A DNA stretch of 64,000 nt from Arcobacteraceae bacterium (GTDB lineage Bacteria; Campylobacterota; Campylobacteria; Campylobacterales; Arcobacteraceae), in assembly GCA_965224485.1 (NCBI GenBank), contig CBDCZH010000016.1:224001-288000 (forward strand). The letters are read 5' to 3'. The notes under the pieces are model-generated. The model saw nothing but the letters and a program-made list of their open reading frames with translations. It made no database searches and was not told where the DNA came from. The stretch's first letter is position 1. Each line of letters starts with the position of its first letter. Of the stretch, positions 19,037-30,284 are shown one piece after another. Made by a program: the position numbers and the translations under genes.

Positions 19037-20458
19037 TTACGCTAATCTTTGTTTTAATAATTCATTTACTTTAGCAGGATTTGCACTTCCTTTTGAAGCT
19101 TTCATAGTTTGACCTACAAAGAAACCAAAAAGTTTATCTTTTCCAGCTTTATACTGCTCAACCTTATCAGTATTTGCACTTAGAATAATATCAATTATTT
19201 CTAAAATAGCTCCATCATCAGATACTTGTTTAAGTCCTAGTTCCTCAATTGCTTCATCTACTTCAACATTATTAATCATTAAATAGTCAAGTACTTCTTT
19301 AGCAGCTTTTCCTGAAATTGTATTATCTTCTATATTTTTAACTAAAGTTGCTAGTTTTATTGCACTTACTGCTGAAGTAAGAATATTAATACCTTTAAGT
19401 CTTCCTTGTAATTCAACACTTAACCAAGTAACAGCATTCTTAGATGTAATTCCTATACTCATCATTTCTTCAAAAAAGTTAGCCATTTCTAGATTTGCAG
19501 TTATAACAGATGCATCATATTCTTTCATACAAAAATCTTTTACATATCTTGCTTTCTTTTCATCTGGTAGTTCTGGAATTACTGAATATTTTTCTATCAT
19601 TTCATCACTTATAATTAAAGGCAATAAATCTGGGTCTGGAAAATATCTGTATTCAGCAGCATCTTCTTTTCCTCTCATAGATCTAGTTTCTCCAGTTTCA
19701 ACATCAAATAATCTTGTTTCTTGAACAATTTCAGTTGAGTGAATTCCATCTTCCCAAGCTTCAATATGTCTACTTACTTCATATCTAATTGCTTTTTCAA
19801 TAAACTTAAATGAGTTCATATTCTTAATTTCACATCTAGTATTTAAGTTCGTATCACCTTTTGGTCTAATAGAAATATTTACATCACATCTGAAGCTTCC
19901 TTCTTGCATATTAGCATCAGATATTCCTAAATATCTTACAATTGAGTGAAGTTTTTTAAGATATAAAATTGCTTCTTCACTGCTTCTCATATCAGGTTCT
20001 GATACGATTTCAAGTAAGGGTGTTCCTGCTCTGTTTAAATCAACTTTAGATTGATTCGCTTCATGTATATTTTTACCTGCATCATTTTCTAAGTGAGCTC
20101 TAGTTACTCCAATTGTTTTTTGCTCTCCATTTGGAAAGTCTATAACTAGTTCTCCTAAATCAACAACAGGAACTTCAAATTGTGAAATTTGATAACCATT
20201 TGGAAGATCTGGATAAAAGTAATTTTTTCTGTTAAAAATAGATTTCTGATTTATTTTAGCTTTAAGAGCAGTTCCTAGCATAATAGCCTTATGAACTGCC
20301 TCTTTATTTAGTACAGGTAAAGCTCCAGGAAGACCTAAGCATGTTGGACAAACATTTGTATTTGCTTTTGCCCCAAAACTTGTTGCACAAGAACAAAATA
20401 GCTTAGAATTTGTATTTAGTTGTACATGTACTTCAAGTCCTATAATTACTTCAAACAT
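19037..20458 (-). CDS. gatB: Asp-tRNA(Asn)/Glu-tRNA(Gln) amidotransferase subunit B
   Basis: [44 protein letters not shown]. Confidence 0.98.
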   Translation of the reverse strand: MFEVIIGLEVHVQLNTNSKLFCSCATSFGAKANTNVCPTCLGLPGALPVLNKEAVHKAIMLGTALKAKINQKSIFNRKNYFYPDLPNGYQISQFEVPVVDLGELVIDFPNGEQKTIGVTRAHLENDAGKNIHEANQSKVDLNRAGTPLLEIVSEPDMRSSEEAILYLKKLHSIVRYLGISDANMQEGSFRCDVNISIRPKGDTNLNTRCEIKNMNSFKFIEKAIRYEVSRHIEAWEDGIHSTEIVQETRLFDVETGETRSMRGKEDAAEYRYFPDPDLLPLIISDEMIEKYSVIPELPDEKKARYVKDFCMKEYDASVITANLEMANFFEEMMSIGITSKNAVTWLSVELQGRLKGINILTSAVSAIKLATLVKNIEDNTISGKAAKEVLDYLMINNVEVDEAIEELGLKQVSDDGAILEIIDIILSANTDKVEQYKAGKDKLFGFFVGQTMKASKGSANPAKVNELLKQRLA

Positions 20459-20468
20459 TTATTTCCTT

Positions 20469-21296
20469 TTATCTTACTATTTTAATATCAGCATTTAATT
20501 TTAATTTTTCAAAATGATCTTTTAAAAAACTTTGTTCTCTTTTTTTCATTAAAACTGAAAAAATTCTATTTTTAACTTCCTTGAATGCTAAACTTTGAAC
20601 TCCTGATTTTTCTACTAAATAAAACATAACAAAGTTTTTATTTGCAGTAAAAATTGGAGTAAATGTTTTTACTTTTGTGTTATTTACAATATATTTTAAT
20701 TGAGAGTTTAAATTCTTTTGATTTAGTTTTACATTTTTCTTACTAACACCTTCAAGTTGAAGCATAGGATTATTTTTAATAGCTAATAATGCTTTTTTAT
20801 TTTTTGAAACATATTGCACAACATCTATTTCTAAGGCTGTTATAAATATATTTTTATTATTATCATAATAAATTTTCATATCTTCATCAGTTGCAATTTT
20901 TAAATTACCTCTTACTAAACTTTGGATTAACTTTTCTTTTAAAATAGCTACTTTTGTTTCTTCTTCAAAAACAGAATAATCTTTATACTTTTGTCTAATA
21001 ATAGATTTAAAAGTGTATAAATCCATACCATTAGAAGCGGCTACTTTTTCTAAATAATTATTCGTATCAAAAATATCAACACTTATGTTTTTATTATCTA
21101 ACTCTTGTTTGTACAAAACTTCATCAACAAGTGAATTTACGGCATCAGCTTTACTTAAATTAGCTTCTTGCATTCTTTGTTCAATATCAAAAGTTGTAAG
21201 AGCTTCATCATTTACACTTAAAGCAATACCATTACTCATTTGTGCAAAACTTAGACTTGTTAATAAACAAAGTGTATATAAGGTTCTTTTCATCAT
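20469..21296 (-). CDS. SurA-like periplasmic chaperone/peptidyl-prolyl isomerase
   Basis: Signal peptide, VNDEALTTFDI N-terminal motif, LKLNADIKIVR C-terminus; upstream of gatB. Confidence 0.75.
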   Translation of the reverse strand: MMKRTLYTLCLLTSLSFAQMSNGIALSVNDEALTTFDIEQRMQEANLSKADAVNSLVDEVLYKQELDNKNISVDIFDTNNYLEKVAASNGMDLYTFKSIIRQKYKDYSVFEEETKVAILKEKLIQSLVRGNLKIATDEDMKIYYDNNKNIFITALEIDVVQYVSKNKKALLAIKNNPMLQLEGVSKKNVKLNQKNLNSQLKYIVNNTKVKTFTPIFTANKNFVMFYLVEKSGVQSLAFKEVKNRIFSVLMKKREQSFLKDHFEKLKLNADIKIVR

Positions 21297-21384
21297 AATC
21301 CTTTTTTATAAAGCAGATATTTTATCATAATAATAGTAAAATAAAAATAAGTACTTAATTCATAAATTTATAATAAGAGAGTCC

Positions 21385-23364
21385 ATGAAACATATTTTAT
21401 TTAATTTAACTTTTATATTATTTTTAAGTTCAAATCTATTAGCTAATAATGAAATAAAACAAGTAGATTTTTCTTCCAAAGAAAAGAAATATTTGTTAGA
21501 TAAAAGATTTGTAAATATTTGTATTGATCCAGAATTTATGCCTTTTGAAAAATTATTAGATGGTAAACATTATGGTTTGATTGGAGATTATTTTAAAATA
21601 ATAGAAGAAAAAACTAAACTTTCTTTTCATATAATTAAAACTAAAGATTGGAAAGAAACCTTTCTTTATGCTAAGAGTAGGAAGTGTGATATTATTTCTT
21701 TAGCAGTTAAAACTCCTTCAAGATTAAAATATTTCAATTTTTCAAAACCTTATTTAGAGTCTTCTTTAGTATTATTAACAAAGTTTGATAAAGAGTTTAC
21801 TAGTGATATATATACTTTTAAAGAAGAAAAAATAGCTGTTGTTAAAGGACATGCTGGGGCTGAGATAATTAGAAATAAATATCCAAATATTAATTTAGTA
21901 GAATTAAATTCTTTAGAAGAAGTTATAAAATATCTAGAAGAAGATAAAATTTATGGTTTTGTTAGCTCTGATGTTTTGGTAAAATATTTAATTAAAGAAA
22001 ACCCTTCTTCTAATTTAAAAATATCAGCCCAGTTTGATCTTATTTTTGCAGCCTCAATTGCTGTACGAAATGATGATTTAATTTTATTAGGTATTTTAAA
22101 TAAAGCAATACTTAGTTTAAATAAAGAAGATAAAAAAGGAATTTTTACTAAATGGCTTTCATATGATGTAAAAAAAACTATTTATTTATTTTATTTTTAT
22201 GAATCTTTAGCATTTTTTATTTTAATTTTTAGTTTTTTATTTTATAGGCATTTTTCTTTAAAGAAAAAAAATAAGCTATTAGCAAAAAACCAAGAAAAGT
22301 TAAAAGATAGTTTAGAAGAGTTTGAAAATATGATTAATTCTACTATTGAGGCAATATTTGTTCTTGATAAAGGATATTGTACTAATGCAAATGATGTGGG
22401 TGTTAAACTCTTTGGATATAAAAACAAAGAAGAACTTATAGGTTTACATGCTTTAGCTGTAATTAACAAAGATTTTCACTCTCTTGTAAAAGAAAATATG
22501 AAAAATAACTATATAAAACCTTATGAATGTGAAGCTGTAAAAAAAGATGGAACAATTTTTCCTGTTTTAGTAAAAGGACACACTTTTATTTTTAAAAATA
22601 AACAAATAAGAATAACTGCTGTGATTGATCTTAGTGAAATTAAGAGTAAAGATAAACAATTAGCGCAAAAAAATAAAATGGTTGCTTTGGGTGAAATGTT
22701 AGGTAATATTTCCCATCAATGGAAACAGCCTTTATCTGTTATTTCAACAGCTGCAAGTGGAGTTTTACTTCAAAAAGATCTAAATATATTAGAAGATAAA
22801 CTTTTTTACGAAGCAATGAATAGCATAGTTAAAAATACTAAATATTTATCTAAAACTATAACTGTTTTTACAGATTTTATAAAAGATGATAAGAAGAAAA
22901 AACTTTTTTCAATAAAAGATAATATTAACAATACCCTTTGTGTTCTAACTGCAATGTTAAAAATAAATAATATTAAAATCATAATGGATTTTAAAGATGA
23001 CTTTTTTATAAATAATTATGAAAATGAATTTAGCGAAGCTTTAATGAATATATTAAATAATGCAAAAGATGCTTTTATCTCAAATAATATTGAAGAAAGA
23101 TTGATTTTTATTAATGTTTATAAAGATAAAGATATTATTATTGAAATTAAAGATAATGCAAATGGAATAAAAGAAGAGTTATTAGAAAAAATATTTGAAC
23201 CATATTTTACAACAAAACATAAATCTCAAGGCACAGGTCTTGGTTTATATATTGTGAGTCAAATAATAGAAGATAGTATGAAAGGTGCAATACTAGTTAC
23301 TAACAATAGTTATACGTATAATGATATTTCATACAAAGGAGCCTTATTTAGGCTCTCTTTTTAA
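21385..23364 (+). CDS. Sensor histidine kinase with periplasmic SBP_bac_3-type domain and PAS; no adjacent regulator
   Basis: CIDPEFMPFE, TPSRLKYFNFSKPY, TM, PAS, HQWKQPL, GTGLGLY. Confidence 0.9.
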   Translation: MKHILFNLTFILFLSSNLLANNEIKQVDFSSKEKKYLLDKRFVNICIDPEFMPFEKLLDGKHYGLIGDYFKIIEEKTKLSFHIIKTKDWKETFLYAKSRKCDIISLAVKTPSRLKYFNFSKPYLESSLVLLTKFDKEFTSDIYTFKEEKIAVVKGHAGAEIIRNKYPNINLVELNSLEEVIKYLEEDKIYGFVSSDVLVKYLIKENPSSNLKISAQFDLIFAASIAVRNDDLILLGILNKAILSLNKEDKKGIFTKWLSYDVKKTIYLFYFYESLAFFILIFSFLFYRHFSLKKKNKLLAKNQEKLKDSLEEFENMINSTIEAIFVLDKGYCTNANDVGVKLFGYKNKEELIGLHALAVINKDFHSLVKENMKNNYIKPYECEAVKKDGTIFPVLVKGHTFIFKNKQIRITAVIDLSEIKSKDKQLAQKNKMVALGEMLGNISHQWKQPLSVISTAASGVLLQKDLNILEDKLFYEAMNSIVKNTKYLSKTITVFTDFIKDDKKKKLFSIKDNINNTLCVLTAMLKINNIKIIMDFKDDFFINNYENEFSEALMNILNNAKDAFISNNIEERLIFINVYKDKDIIIEIKDNANGIKEELLEKIFEPYFTTKHKSQGTGLGLYIVSQIIEDSMKGAILVTNNSYTYNDISYKGALFRLSF

Positions 23365-23372
23365 AAAAAAAT

Positions 23373-26208
23373 TTATACTTTTGCGCTAGTACACTTATTT
23401 ACTAAATACATAATTGAATTATAATCAAGTAAGGAATGCTCACTTAGACCTATTTCACAGGTTTTAGAAGTAGAGAAAGCATATTTTATTTCAGGTTTTA
23501 ATGATGATTTTAAATTTTTCAAAGCAGATTTATTAAGTTCTGGAAAATTAAATCCTCTATCTCCTGCGAAACCGCAACATTTTACATCCAAAGGAGAGGT
23601 GACATCATTTGCACACATATTTGCAAGTTTAATAAATTTTTCATGCATATTCATTTTTCTTGATGAACAAGTTGTATGAATAGTAATAGCTTCATTTATT
23701 TTTTCAAAATTTAAATATTTTGCTAAGACTTCTAGGCAAAATTCAATTGGTTCATAAATCTTTATTTTTACTTTAAAAGCTTCTGTCATCCTTTTTGTAC
23801 AAGGAGAAGTATCACATAAAATTGGAAATTCACCATTATTACTCGCAATAACTAATTGCTGCTCTAAAAGCTTTGCTTTTGAATCACCTTGCTGTTTATA
23901 ACCTTTTGATGAAAAAGGCATACCACAGCATAAGTCATCTAGTTCTTTTGGTAATATAATCTCAAAACCAGCTTTTCTTAGAAGTATAATAGTAATATCA
24001 AAAAGTGATTTCTCTTCTGTGCTATTTTGACTTAAACCCATGGATCTACTTATGCAAGAAGGAAAATATACAATTTTTCTCTTACTTTTTATATTTGTAA
24101 AGTTTTTATTTATACTTGTTGATGAAGGAAGGGAACTTGACCAATATGGTGTTTTTAAAACCTTTCTCGCTGTTTTTGTAAGAGAAGTATAAACTTTAGT
24201 TCCAAGTAGCTTATGCGTCATATTTGAAGCTTTTAATCCAAACTTTATTAGGCTTAAAGTATTTGAAAAGTTATTTGCGACAATAGAAGCTATTTTATTA
24301 CTAAGAGGTGAACTATTTTCATGTCTAAGATATTTTGTTAAAGACCCTGTATCAATTCCAACTGGACAGGCATTTGAACATAAACTACAAGTTGCACAGG
24401 TGTCTAAACCATCATAATTATAATCTTTTTTTAGTTCTCTTGCTTCTTTTATTTCACCTATTTCTTCTAAGCGTGAAATTTCCCTATTTGCAATTATTCT
24501 ATGTCTTGGGGTAAAGGTAATAACATTTGAGGGGCAAACTGGTTCGCAAAAACCACACTCTATACAGGTATCAACTAATGAATTAGTAGCAGGTAAAGGT
24601 TTTAAGTTTTTTAAATGAATATTTTTATCTTCATTTATAAGAACATCTTTATTTAAAATATTTTTTTTATCAAATATTTTTTTAATTCTTTTCATTATGG
24701 TATATGCCAACCTACCCCACTCTAATTCAATAAAAGCAGCCATGTTTCGACCTGTTCCATGCTCTGCTTTTAAGCTACCTTGATACGTAAGCGCAACTGA
24801 AGAAGTTACATCATTCATGAAGTTATCATATCTTTTTACTTCTTTAGGATCTTTAAAATCTTGAGTAAAGACAAAATGTAAGTTTCCTTCTAGGGCATGT
24901 CCAAAAATTAAAGCTTCGTTATATTCATGTTTTTTAAATAAATCTTGTAATTCAATAGTAGCTTTTGCTAAGTGTTCAATTGGGTAAGCAACATCTTCAA
25001 TAATAACTGTTGTTCCTATTCTTCTAACAGCCCCTACTGCAGGGAAAAGACCCTTTCTAATGTTCCAAAATTGAGTGTACTCTTCTACTTTATTTGTAAA
25101 CTCAACTTTTCTTACAGTTTTAAATTCTGTAATTATATGTTTTATCTCTTTTACTTGAAGCCATAAATCATCTTCACTACTTGCTCTTGTTTCTATTAAT
25201 AAAGCTGTAACACTTTCATCAAATTCTTTTAAATAAGAAGGCATTCCTTCTTTGTTTTGAACTGTTTTAAGAGCTTTGTTATCCATAAGTTCAACAGCAT
25301 CAACAATAATTTCTTTTTTATCTTTTGCTAGTTTTAGTTTCTCAACTGCCTTGCAGGCATCTTTCATATCTTTAAAAAATACTAAGGCAGAAGCTTTATT
25401 TGCATAATCTTCAAGAGTATAATAAGTAATTTCTTCTATAAAAGCTAGAGTTCCTTCACTTCCAATGATTAAGTGAGCCAAAATATCAAAGGTATTTGTA
25501 AAATCAATTAGAGAGTTTAAAGAGTAACCACAGGTATTTTTTATTTTAAATTTTTTTCTTATTAAATCGCTTAGTTCTTTATTTCTGTTTACCTCTTTGC
25601 TCAAAGCTCTTAGTTCATCTAAAAGTTCTTTATGTGAAGACTTAAAATCTTCTTTTGATTGTTTATTACCTGTATCTAATCTCGTTCCATCTGCAAAAAT
25701 TAGTTTTATAGACTTTAATGTTTTATATGAGTTTTGTGAGATACCACAGCACATACCAGAAGCATTATTTGCTGCAATTCCCCCCTCTCATAGCTGCATT
25801 TATACTAGCTGGGTCTGGACCTATTTTCTTTTTATAAACAGCTAATATATTATTTACCTGCTCTCCTGTTAAAGCTGGCTCTAAAGATATATAATCTTTA
25901 TTAGCAGATAAGCTATATTTAGTAAACTCTCTACTTGTTATTAGTAAAATACTTGAAGTTATAGCTTGTCCAGATAAAGAAGTGCCCCCTGCTCTAAAGG
26001 TTAGGCTTATATCTCTTTTATAGCACTCTTGGATTATTTTTTGAACTTCATTTGCATTATTTGCTTTGATTACAATTTTAGGAATTAGTTTGTAAAAAGA
26101 GGCATCACTTCCATAAACTAAAGTATGTAGTTTACTAGTAAATATATATTTTTTATCTATATATTTTATAATTCCATTATAAAAATCTTGGTATGTTTTA
26201 TCTAACAT
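23373..26208 (-). pseudogene. FAD/Fe-S D-lactate dehydrogenase (Dld-II/YdiJ type), split by a +1 frameshift (probably sequencing error)
   Basis: The ORFs 25765-26208 (FRAGGTSLSGQA, GPDPASINAA) and 23373-25754 (SLKAEHGTGRN, CIECGFCEPVCP, CCG domains) join if one C is removed from C6 at 25780-25785. Confidence 0.85.
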
Positions 26209-26387
26209 TTTTTTTCCTTTAATATGTTTATTATTATTTAGGTAAAAAAATCTTGGATTATTCTATTCTTGTAATTGTATAAATTCTTTGTTGATCACTG
26301 TAGATAAAAGAGTACATAACATCACATCTTTTAAATGTGATACTAGAAAGTAAGTTTAAAATAGCTTTCATTTATGTACTCCTTTTT

Positions 26388-27740
26388 TTATTTTAAAATT
26401 GGGTCTATTCCGAAGAATTCTGGATAAAAAGCTAAAACACACAATACTACAATTTGAATAAGAATAAAAGGTAATACTCCTTTATATATCTGTACGGTTC
26501 TAACACCTGCTGGGGCTACTCCTTTTAAGTAAAACAAGGAAAATCCAAAAGGTGGGGTTAAAAATGAGGTTTGTAAGTTCATAGCTATTAAAATAGCAAA
26601 CCATACTGGACTTATTCCTAAAGCTTCAGAAATTGGAACTAAAATAGGAACAATAATATATGAAATTTCAACAAAATCAATAAAAAATCCAAGTACTAAA
26701 ATAGATAACATAGTAAAAAGTATAAAACTTAATCTATCATCACCTGGTAAATTTGTCATAAAATGCTCAACAATTTCTTCACCACCTGTATATGAAAATA
26801 CCATAGAAAAAGCTGTTGCTCCTATTAAAATAGCAAATACCATTGAAGTAATTTTAACAGACTCTAAAGCAGCTTGTTTTACCATTTGTATAGTAAAGGT
26901 TCTATAAAGTAAAGCAAGTCCAATAGCTCCAATACAACCAACAGCAGAAGATTCTGTAGGAGTTGCAATTCCTGCAAAAATTGAACCAAGTACTAAAATA
27001 ATTAGTGATAAAGAAGGAATAATATCAATTAAGGCTCTTAATACTTGTTGCTTTTTATTTCCTCTACTTGGATCAGCTGGAATAGCTGGTGCCATATCAG
27101 GTTTAAAATAAGCAATAACTAAAATAAAAATTATATAAGCTGCTACTAAAGTAAGACCAGGACCAACAGCTGCTGTAAATAGATCACCTACAGGAACTTG
27201 AAATACATCTCCTAAAATAATTAATACAATAGAAGGGGGAATAATTTGACCTAATGTTCCAGAAGCACAAATAGTTCCTGCTGCTAGTTCTGTATTATAT
27301 TTATATTTTAACATTACAGGTAAAGATATAACTCCCATAGCAACAACACTAGCTCCTACAACACCTGTTGAAGCAGCTAATAAGGAACCTACTAAAACAG
27401 TTGAAATAGCGACTCCTCCTCTAATTTCTCCAAACAAAAATCCCATAGATTCCAATAATTTTTCAGCAAGTCCTGTTTTTTGTAAAACAATACCCATAAA
27501 AATAAACATAGGAATAGCCATTAAAATAGTATTTTGCATAATTGAATATATTCTAAAAGGCATGAAATCAAACATATCAATACCTTCAATTACACCATTT
27601 ATTATTCCACCATCTAAACCAACTTCAACAATTCCTGCAATTATTCCAAATAAAACAGAAACAGCAGCAAAAGTAAATGCAACAGGAAATCCAATTAAGA
27701 GCATGACTAGTGCTGCAAAAAACATAATTACACCAATCAT
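26388..27740 (-). CDS. dctM: TRAP transporter large permease
   Basis: GTLGQIIPPSI, GIATPTES, QTSFLTPPFGF. Confidence 0.95.
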   Translation of the reverse strand: MIGVIMFFAALVMLLIGFPVAFTFAAVSVLFGIIAGIVEVGLDGGIINGVIEGIDMFDFMPFRIYSIMQNTILMAIPMFIFMGIVLQKTGLAEKLLESMGFLFGEIRGGVAISTVLVGSLLAASTGVVGASVVAMGVISLPVMLKYKYNTELAAGTICASGTLGQIIPPSIVLIILGDVFQVPVGDLFTAAVGPGLTLVAAYIIFILVIAYFKPDMAPAIPADPSRGNKKQQVLRALIDIIPSLSLIILVLGSIFAGIATPTESSAVGCIGAIGLALLYRTFTIQMVKQAALESVKITSMVFAILIGATAFSMVFSYTGGEEIVEHFMTNLPGDDRLSFILFTMLSILVLGFFIDFVEISYIIVPILVPISEALGISPVWFAILIAMNLQTSFLTPPFGFSLFYLKGVAPAGVRTVQIYKGVLPFILIQIVVLCVLAFYPEFFGIDPILK

Positions 27741-28345
27741 TTTTTATCTCCTTTTTCATCAATATCAATAATATGATGATTATGCTCATCTAGTTCATCT
27801 TTAAGTTCATTTATTTCATGCTCTATATTGCTTGAATCTAAGTTTTTTATTCCTTTAAAGACTAAAAGATTTTTAATGAAGTAACCACATGATGTGATAA
27901 TTAGCATAAAAAAAGATAAGGGTATCAAAGCTTTAATAATCCATCTATAATGTAATCCCCCTGGATCTCCACTTTGTTCCATTGAAACAAAAGCTTCAAG
28001 TGCATTATTTATAGAACTTGTTGCAATTAATAAAGAAATAGGAAGAATAAATAAAAATACACCTATCATATTTATCATAGCTTTTTTTCTTTGCGATAAT
28101 TTGTCATAAATCACATCAACTCTAACATGGCCATCTTCTTTTAGAGTGTAAGAAATTCCTAGTAAAATTACAACAGAAAAAAGATGCCATTCCATTTCTT
28201 GCATTGCAATAGAACCAGATCTAAAAAAATATCTCATAACAACGTCATATGAAACATTTAATATCATTAAAACAATTGCAAGAGCGGTAATAATTCCAAT
28301 AATATCTGCGAATTTATTAAATCCCTTTTCAAGTTTTAAAAGCAT
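27737..28345 (-). CDS. dctQ: TRAP transporter small permease
   Basis: VVMRYFF, QEMEWHL, GHVRVD. Confidence 0.93.
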   Translation of the reverse strand: MLLKLEKGFNKFADIIGIITALAIVLMILNVSYDVVMRYFFRSGSIAMQEMEWHLFSVVILLGISYTLKEDGHVRVDVIYDKLSQRKKAMINMIGVFLFILPISLLIATSSINNALEAFVSMEQSGDPGGLHYRWIIKALIPLSFFMLIITSCGYFIKNLLVFKGIKNLDSSNIEHEINELKDELDEHNHHIIDIDEKGDKK

Positions 28346-28415
28346 AAAAATCCTTTTTTAGTATTAAAATGACTAAGATAAAAATAATAAGTTTATCTTT
28401 ATCTTAGGCCTTGTG

Positions 28416-28444
28416 AATTAAATCCCCTTTGAGGGGATTTAATT
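28416..28444 (-). terminator. Strong hairpin after dctP (terminator or mRNA-stabilising stem)
   Basis: 13-bp perfect inverted repeat aattaaatcccct/aggggatttaatt. Confidence 0.7.
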
Positions 28445-29545
28445 TTATAAATTATCTTTTAAGTAAAGATAATCAGACATTTTAGTCCACTCTCGTGCTT
28501 TCTTTTGGAAAGACGCTTGCGAATCTAAAATCTCTTTTAATAAAGGTTGATCTTTTGTTTTTTCAATTAACAACTCTTTATTTGCTTTCTTCATTGCATC
28601 CATAACAGATTTAGGAAAACTTTTTATTTTGATATTTGGGTAATCACTTTCGATTTTTGCCCAAGCTTCAGCCGACATTTTATAGTTTTGAATATACATA
28701 TCATAACCAGTAACTCTCATAGCTGTTTTTAAAATTTGCTGTAAATCAGAAGGAAGTTTATTAAAAGCTTTTTCATTTACTAAATATTGTAACTCAGTTG
28801 CTGGTTCATGCCAACCTGTATAATAATAAGGAGCAACTTTATGAAATCCCATTTTAATATCCATTCCTGGTCCAACCCATTCAAGCGCATCAATTGTTCC
28901 ACGCTCTAAAGAAGTATATAATTCTCCAGAAGGAATATTTGTAACAGTAAGTCCTAGTTTAGCCATGATTTCTCCAGCAAAACCTGGAATTCTCATTTTT
29001 AAACCTTTTAAATCATCAAGAGAAGTAATTTCATCTCTAAACCATCCACCCATTTGGTTACCAGTATTTCCACCTGGAAATGATAATACTTTATGAGGAG
29101 CATAGGCTTTTTGCATTAACTCTAATCCACCACCATAATAAAACCAAGCATATTGCTCAGGAGCAGTCATACCAAAAGGCATAGTTGTAAAAGGTAATAA
29201 GTTAATATCTTTACCTTTCCAATAATAAGAGGCAGAATGACCCATCTCATATTGTCCACCTTTAACCATGTCTAAAATACCAAAAGCAGATTTATGTTTA
29301 TTAGAAGCATCAACTCTTATAATAAGTCTTCCATCTGACATCTCTTTTACCAAACTAGAAAGATTTTTAGGTGCATCTATAAAGGGTGATAGTGTTGGTC
29401 CCCAAGTAGTAGCTAACTTCCACTTGAATACTTTTTTAGCCTCAACTTTGGCTTGAATAGGGGCTTTTTTGTCATCAGTACAAGCTGTAAATAATAAAGC
29501 TGATGCTAAAGCAACACAAGAAATTAGTTTTGTTCTCATTTTCAT
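28445..29545 (-). CDS. dctP: TRAP substrate-binding protein (TakP/lactate-binding type), lipoprotein
   Basis: Lipobox LFTAC, YYWKGK, GNQMGGWF, GLKMRIPG, GWHEP. Confidence 0.93.
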   Translation of the reverse strand: MKMRTKLISCVALASALLFTACTDDKKAPIQAKVEAKKVFKWKLATTWGPTLSPFIDAPKNLSSLVKEMSDGRLIIRVDASNKHKSAFGILDMVKGGQYEMGHSASYYWKGKDINLLPFTTMPFGMTAPEQYAWFYYGGGLELMQKAYAPHKVLSFPGGNTGNQMGGWFRDEITSLDDLKGLKMRIPGFAGEIMAKLGLTVTNIPSGELYTSLERGTIDALEWVGPGMDIKMGFHKVAPYYYTGWHEPATELQYLVNEKAFNKLPSDLQQILKTAMRVTGYDMYIQNYKMSAEAWAKIESDYPNIKIKSFPKSVMDAMKKANKELLIEKTKDQPLLKEILDSQASFQKKAREWTKMSDYLYLKDNL

Positions 29546-29576
29546 ATTCTTCTCCTTAAATATTGGTCTTGTATAA

Positions 29577-29610
29577 ATTGTAACTAGCAGAGATGATAAT
29601 AGTATGATAT
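29577..29610 (-). promoter_or_regulatory. Putative dctP promoter: -10 TACAAT plus 11-bp-period ATGATA repeat
   Basis: attgta at 29577-29582; ATGATA at 29593 and 29604. Confidence 0.55.
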
Positions 29611-29636
29611 TTTTTAGTATTTCTTAATTAAAAATA

Positions 29637-30284
29637 TTAAATGCTACTTTTAAAAATATAGCCTGTATCTACAATAGTTTCTATATATTCGCCTTTTATA
29701 GTCTTTCTTAGCCTTCTTATTAAAGATCTTATTGATTCAAGTGAGGCAAAAGAGCCTTCCCACACATAGTTTTCAATTGCTTCATATGAAATAACTTGAT
29801 TTTTCTTGCTTAAAAATAAGTTTAGTAAAAGTTTCTCTTTTTTTGTAAGTCTAAACTCTTTTTTATGCATTGAAACAAGTGAAGACTTAAAATCAAAAGA
29901 ACAATCTTTATCAAAATAAATTATTTCTTTTTGAATATTACATAATTTTTCTATTTTGATTTCTAGTTCATCTATAAAAAATGGTTTCTTTAAAAAATCA
30001 TTACAGCCAAAATCATAAGCTTCTTTTATTATTTCAAGCTCAACAGTTCCTGAAATTATAATAATAGGAACTTCTTTATAAAACTCTCTAATTTTTTTTA
30101 ATATTTTAATTCCATCAAGATTAGGAACATTAATATCTAAGATAAAACAAGAATAACCTTCTGTGATATTCTTAAAAGCATCTTCTCCATTTATAAAAGC
30201 ATCTATACTATAGTTTTTAAGCTCTAGTCTTTTTTTTATCGTTTCATTTAATTTTTTATTATCTTCAAGTAGTAAAATTTTCAT
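29637..30284 (-). CDS. OmpR-family response regulator
   Basis: LLLEDN, LDINVP, LKKPF, IRRLRK, GY. Confidence 0.92.
   Translation of the reverse strand: MKILLLEDNKKLNETIKKRLELKNYSIDAFINGEDAFKNITEGYSCFILDINVPNLDGIKILKKIREFYKEVPIIIISGTVELEIIKEAYDFGCNDFLKKPFFIDELEIKIEKLCNIQKEIIYFDKDCSFDFKSSLVSMHKKEFRLTKKEKLLLNLFLSKKNQVISYEAIENYVWEGSFASLESIRSLIRRLRKTIKGEYIETIVDTGYIFKSSI

Noticed and set aside
26321..26341. ATCACAT...ATGTGAT as a CRP/FNR site
   Set aside because: Half-site orientation and spacing do not match TGTGA-N6-TCACA; better explained as an RNA hairpin
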